In this document: one piece after another, positions 62,259 to 64,000 of the stretch
Layout: every line of letters begins with the position of its first letter
Numbering within the stretch: position 1 is the stretch's first letter
Assembly (NCBI RefSeq): GCF_006345805.1
Contig: NC_043012.1
Coordinates: 1,240,001 to 1,304,000 of the forward strand
Source of the DNA: Octopus sinensis
Taxonomy: Eukaryota
DNA length: 64,000 nucleotides
Direction: 5' to 3'
The notes under the pieces: generated by a model
Database searches by the model: none
The model's input: the letters and a program-made list of their open reading frames with translations, nothing else
Told to the model about the DNA's origin: nothing
Position numbers and translations under genes: made by a program

Positions 62259-62304
62259 AACAGAATACATATCAATTAATATATATATATATCTATACAT
62301 ATAT

Positions 62305-62355
<51 letters not shown>

Positions 62356-62369
62356 TATGTATAAATATA

Positions 62370-62550
62370 TATACTGGAGTAAACATATATATGTGAAACA
62401 AGGTGGAAAAAAGAGTACTCAAATACCAGTGGTAGAGTAATATGCTTTATTTAAAGCAGCCAGAAAATTCAACAAAACCTGTTACTCTGAGTTTCCCGTT
62501 GCCGTTCATCGGACAGTTTTTGCTAGCAGTTTCTGCCGCTTTAAATAAGT
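62370..62550 (-). mobile_element. HHR family 1 element
   Basis: Motif at 62474-62520 (minus): AAAACUGU CCGAUGA ACG GCAA CGG GAAA CUC A GAG UA ACAGGUUUU. Confidence 0.75.
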
Positions 62551-62594
62551 ATAATATATATATATATATATATATTATTCATATATATATATGA

Positions 62595-62637
<43 letters not shown>

Positions 62638-62964
62638 ATATACACATTATAATATATATAAACTCACACAACCCCACCACCACACCAGACTCACCTAACC
62701 CAGCACAGAGAAAATTACTCTGTGTTCAACAGTGCTTGCTACATTTCAGAAAAATGTAATTATCGTCAAGTAGCACCAGTCTGTTCTCCTTGAACACACT
62801 TTTGGCAAGTACAGAGCAAATCAAACATTGCTATATTGTTCTTGTTGGTCTTGGTGTTGTTGTTGTTGTCAAAGTATTTGGTCTGTTTCGTTTTACTTTT
62901 CATTTCTTTTTCATCTGATTGTCTTCTTCAAGAGTGTCCTGTTTTTATAGTTGTCAAGGATTTT

Positions 62965-62997
<33 letters not shown>

Positions 62998-63360
62998 TGT
63001 TGTGTCTTACTACCAATGTTTTCTGGCTAACTTTCTTCCCTCTGCCTTTTTCTTTGACAACTTGTAGTGATGGAGGTGGTGGTGGAGGTGGTGGTGGTGG
63101 TGGTGATGATGATGGTGATGGTGGTGGTGCTGGTGTCGCAATGGCACGATGGTGTGACCACGGTATGGTGGCAAGAAATTAGTGGAAGATGAACTACTTT
63201 GGATGATGTCAATTAAAAAGTGTCAATCACTTTCACTGTTGATGCTGCTACTACTAAAATACTACTACAACTACTACTACCACTACTACTACTACTGCTG
63301 CTACTACTACTACTACTATACACATATGCAACATACCTATATATTGTTTTATATATATAA

Positions 63361-63590
63361 ATTTCTTTACTACCCACAAGGGGCTAAACATAGAGAGGAC
63401 AAACAAAGACAGACAAATGGATTAAGTCGATTACATCGACCCCAGTGCGTAACTGGTACTTATTTAATCGACCCCGAAAGGATGAAAGGCAAAGTCGACC
63501 TCGGCAGAATTTGAACTCTGAACGTGGTGGCAGAAGAAATACTGCTAAGCATTTCGCCTGGCGTGCTAACGTTTCTGCCAGTTCACCGCT
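63361..63590 (-). mobile_element. SINE family B
   Basis: Sequence match to family B. Confidence 0.9.
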
Positions 63591-63699
63591 ATATATAATC
63601 ACACACACAGCTAACATATATGTACGTATATATACATCTTCCTGCGGGATGTACATTATCATCATCATCTTCCTTCTCCACCTCCTCCTCCTCATCATC

Positions 63700-63930
63700 A
63701 TCATCATTATCATCATCATCATCATCGTCATTGTCACCTTCATTGTTTAATGTCCCCTTTTCCATGCCAGCATGGGCTAGATAGCTTGACAAGAACAGAT
63801 GAGCCCAGAGGGCTCCACCAGGTTCTCTGTCTGCTTACAAATGGTTTCTACAGTTAGATGCCCTTCCTAATGCCAATCACCTAAGAAGAGTGTACTGGCT
63901 CTTCTTTTACACGGCAACAGCACTGGTGGC
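63700..63930 (-). mobile_element. RTE 3' UTR copy, degenerate
   Basis: tttaatgtcccc..ccatgccagcatggg..ctacagttagatgcccttcctaatgccaa. Confidence 0.75.
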
Positions 63931-64000
63931 ATCGCCAATTATCCACAAATACATATATATGTGCGAATGCATAGAGTATACATATATAAACTTGTATACA

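Overview
Eukaryotic, AT-rich, repeat-saturated DNA with no intact protein-coding gene. The SINE and RTE-LINE families match those I recognise from Octopus genomes, so this is most likely cephalopod intronic or intergenic sequence (inference, not a database result). Contents: many microsatellites, which explain most of the six-frame ORF track; roughly 40 copies of four tRNA-headed SINE families; a 2.4 kb decayed RTE LINE plus about ten copies of its 3' UTR; CR1-type LINE ends; several decayed Tc1/mariner elements; a hAT MITE; a Helitron-like element; a Penelope-like RT fragment running into a 100-N scaffold gap (50089-50188); and one weak candidate micro-exon. The main hidden signal is about 15 type I hammerhead-ribozyme (HHR)-like motifs from at least eight unrelated short element families. 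Most have a short palindromic stem III, most sit in (TA)n tracts, and many lie inside long fold-back repeats. The motif at 9841-9922 (minus) has a fully canonical core, and several families carry a non-canonical CCGANGA core. HHRs in Penelope-like elements and retrozymes are established knowledge; their density, diversity and core variants here are what need testing. All ribozyme calls come from manual folding only.
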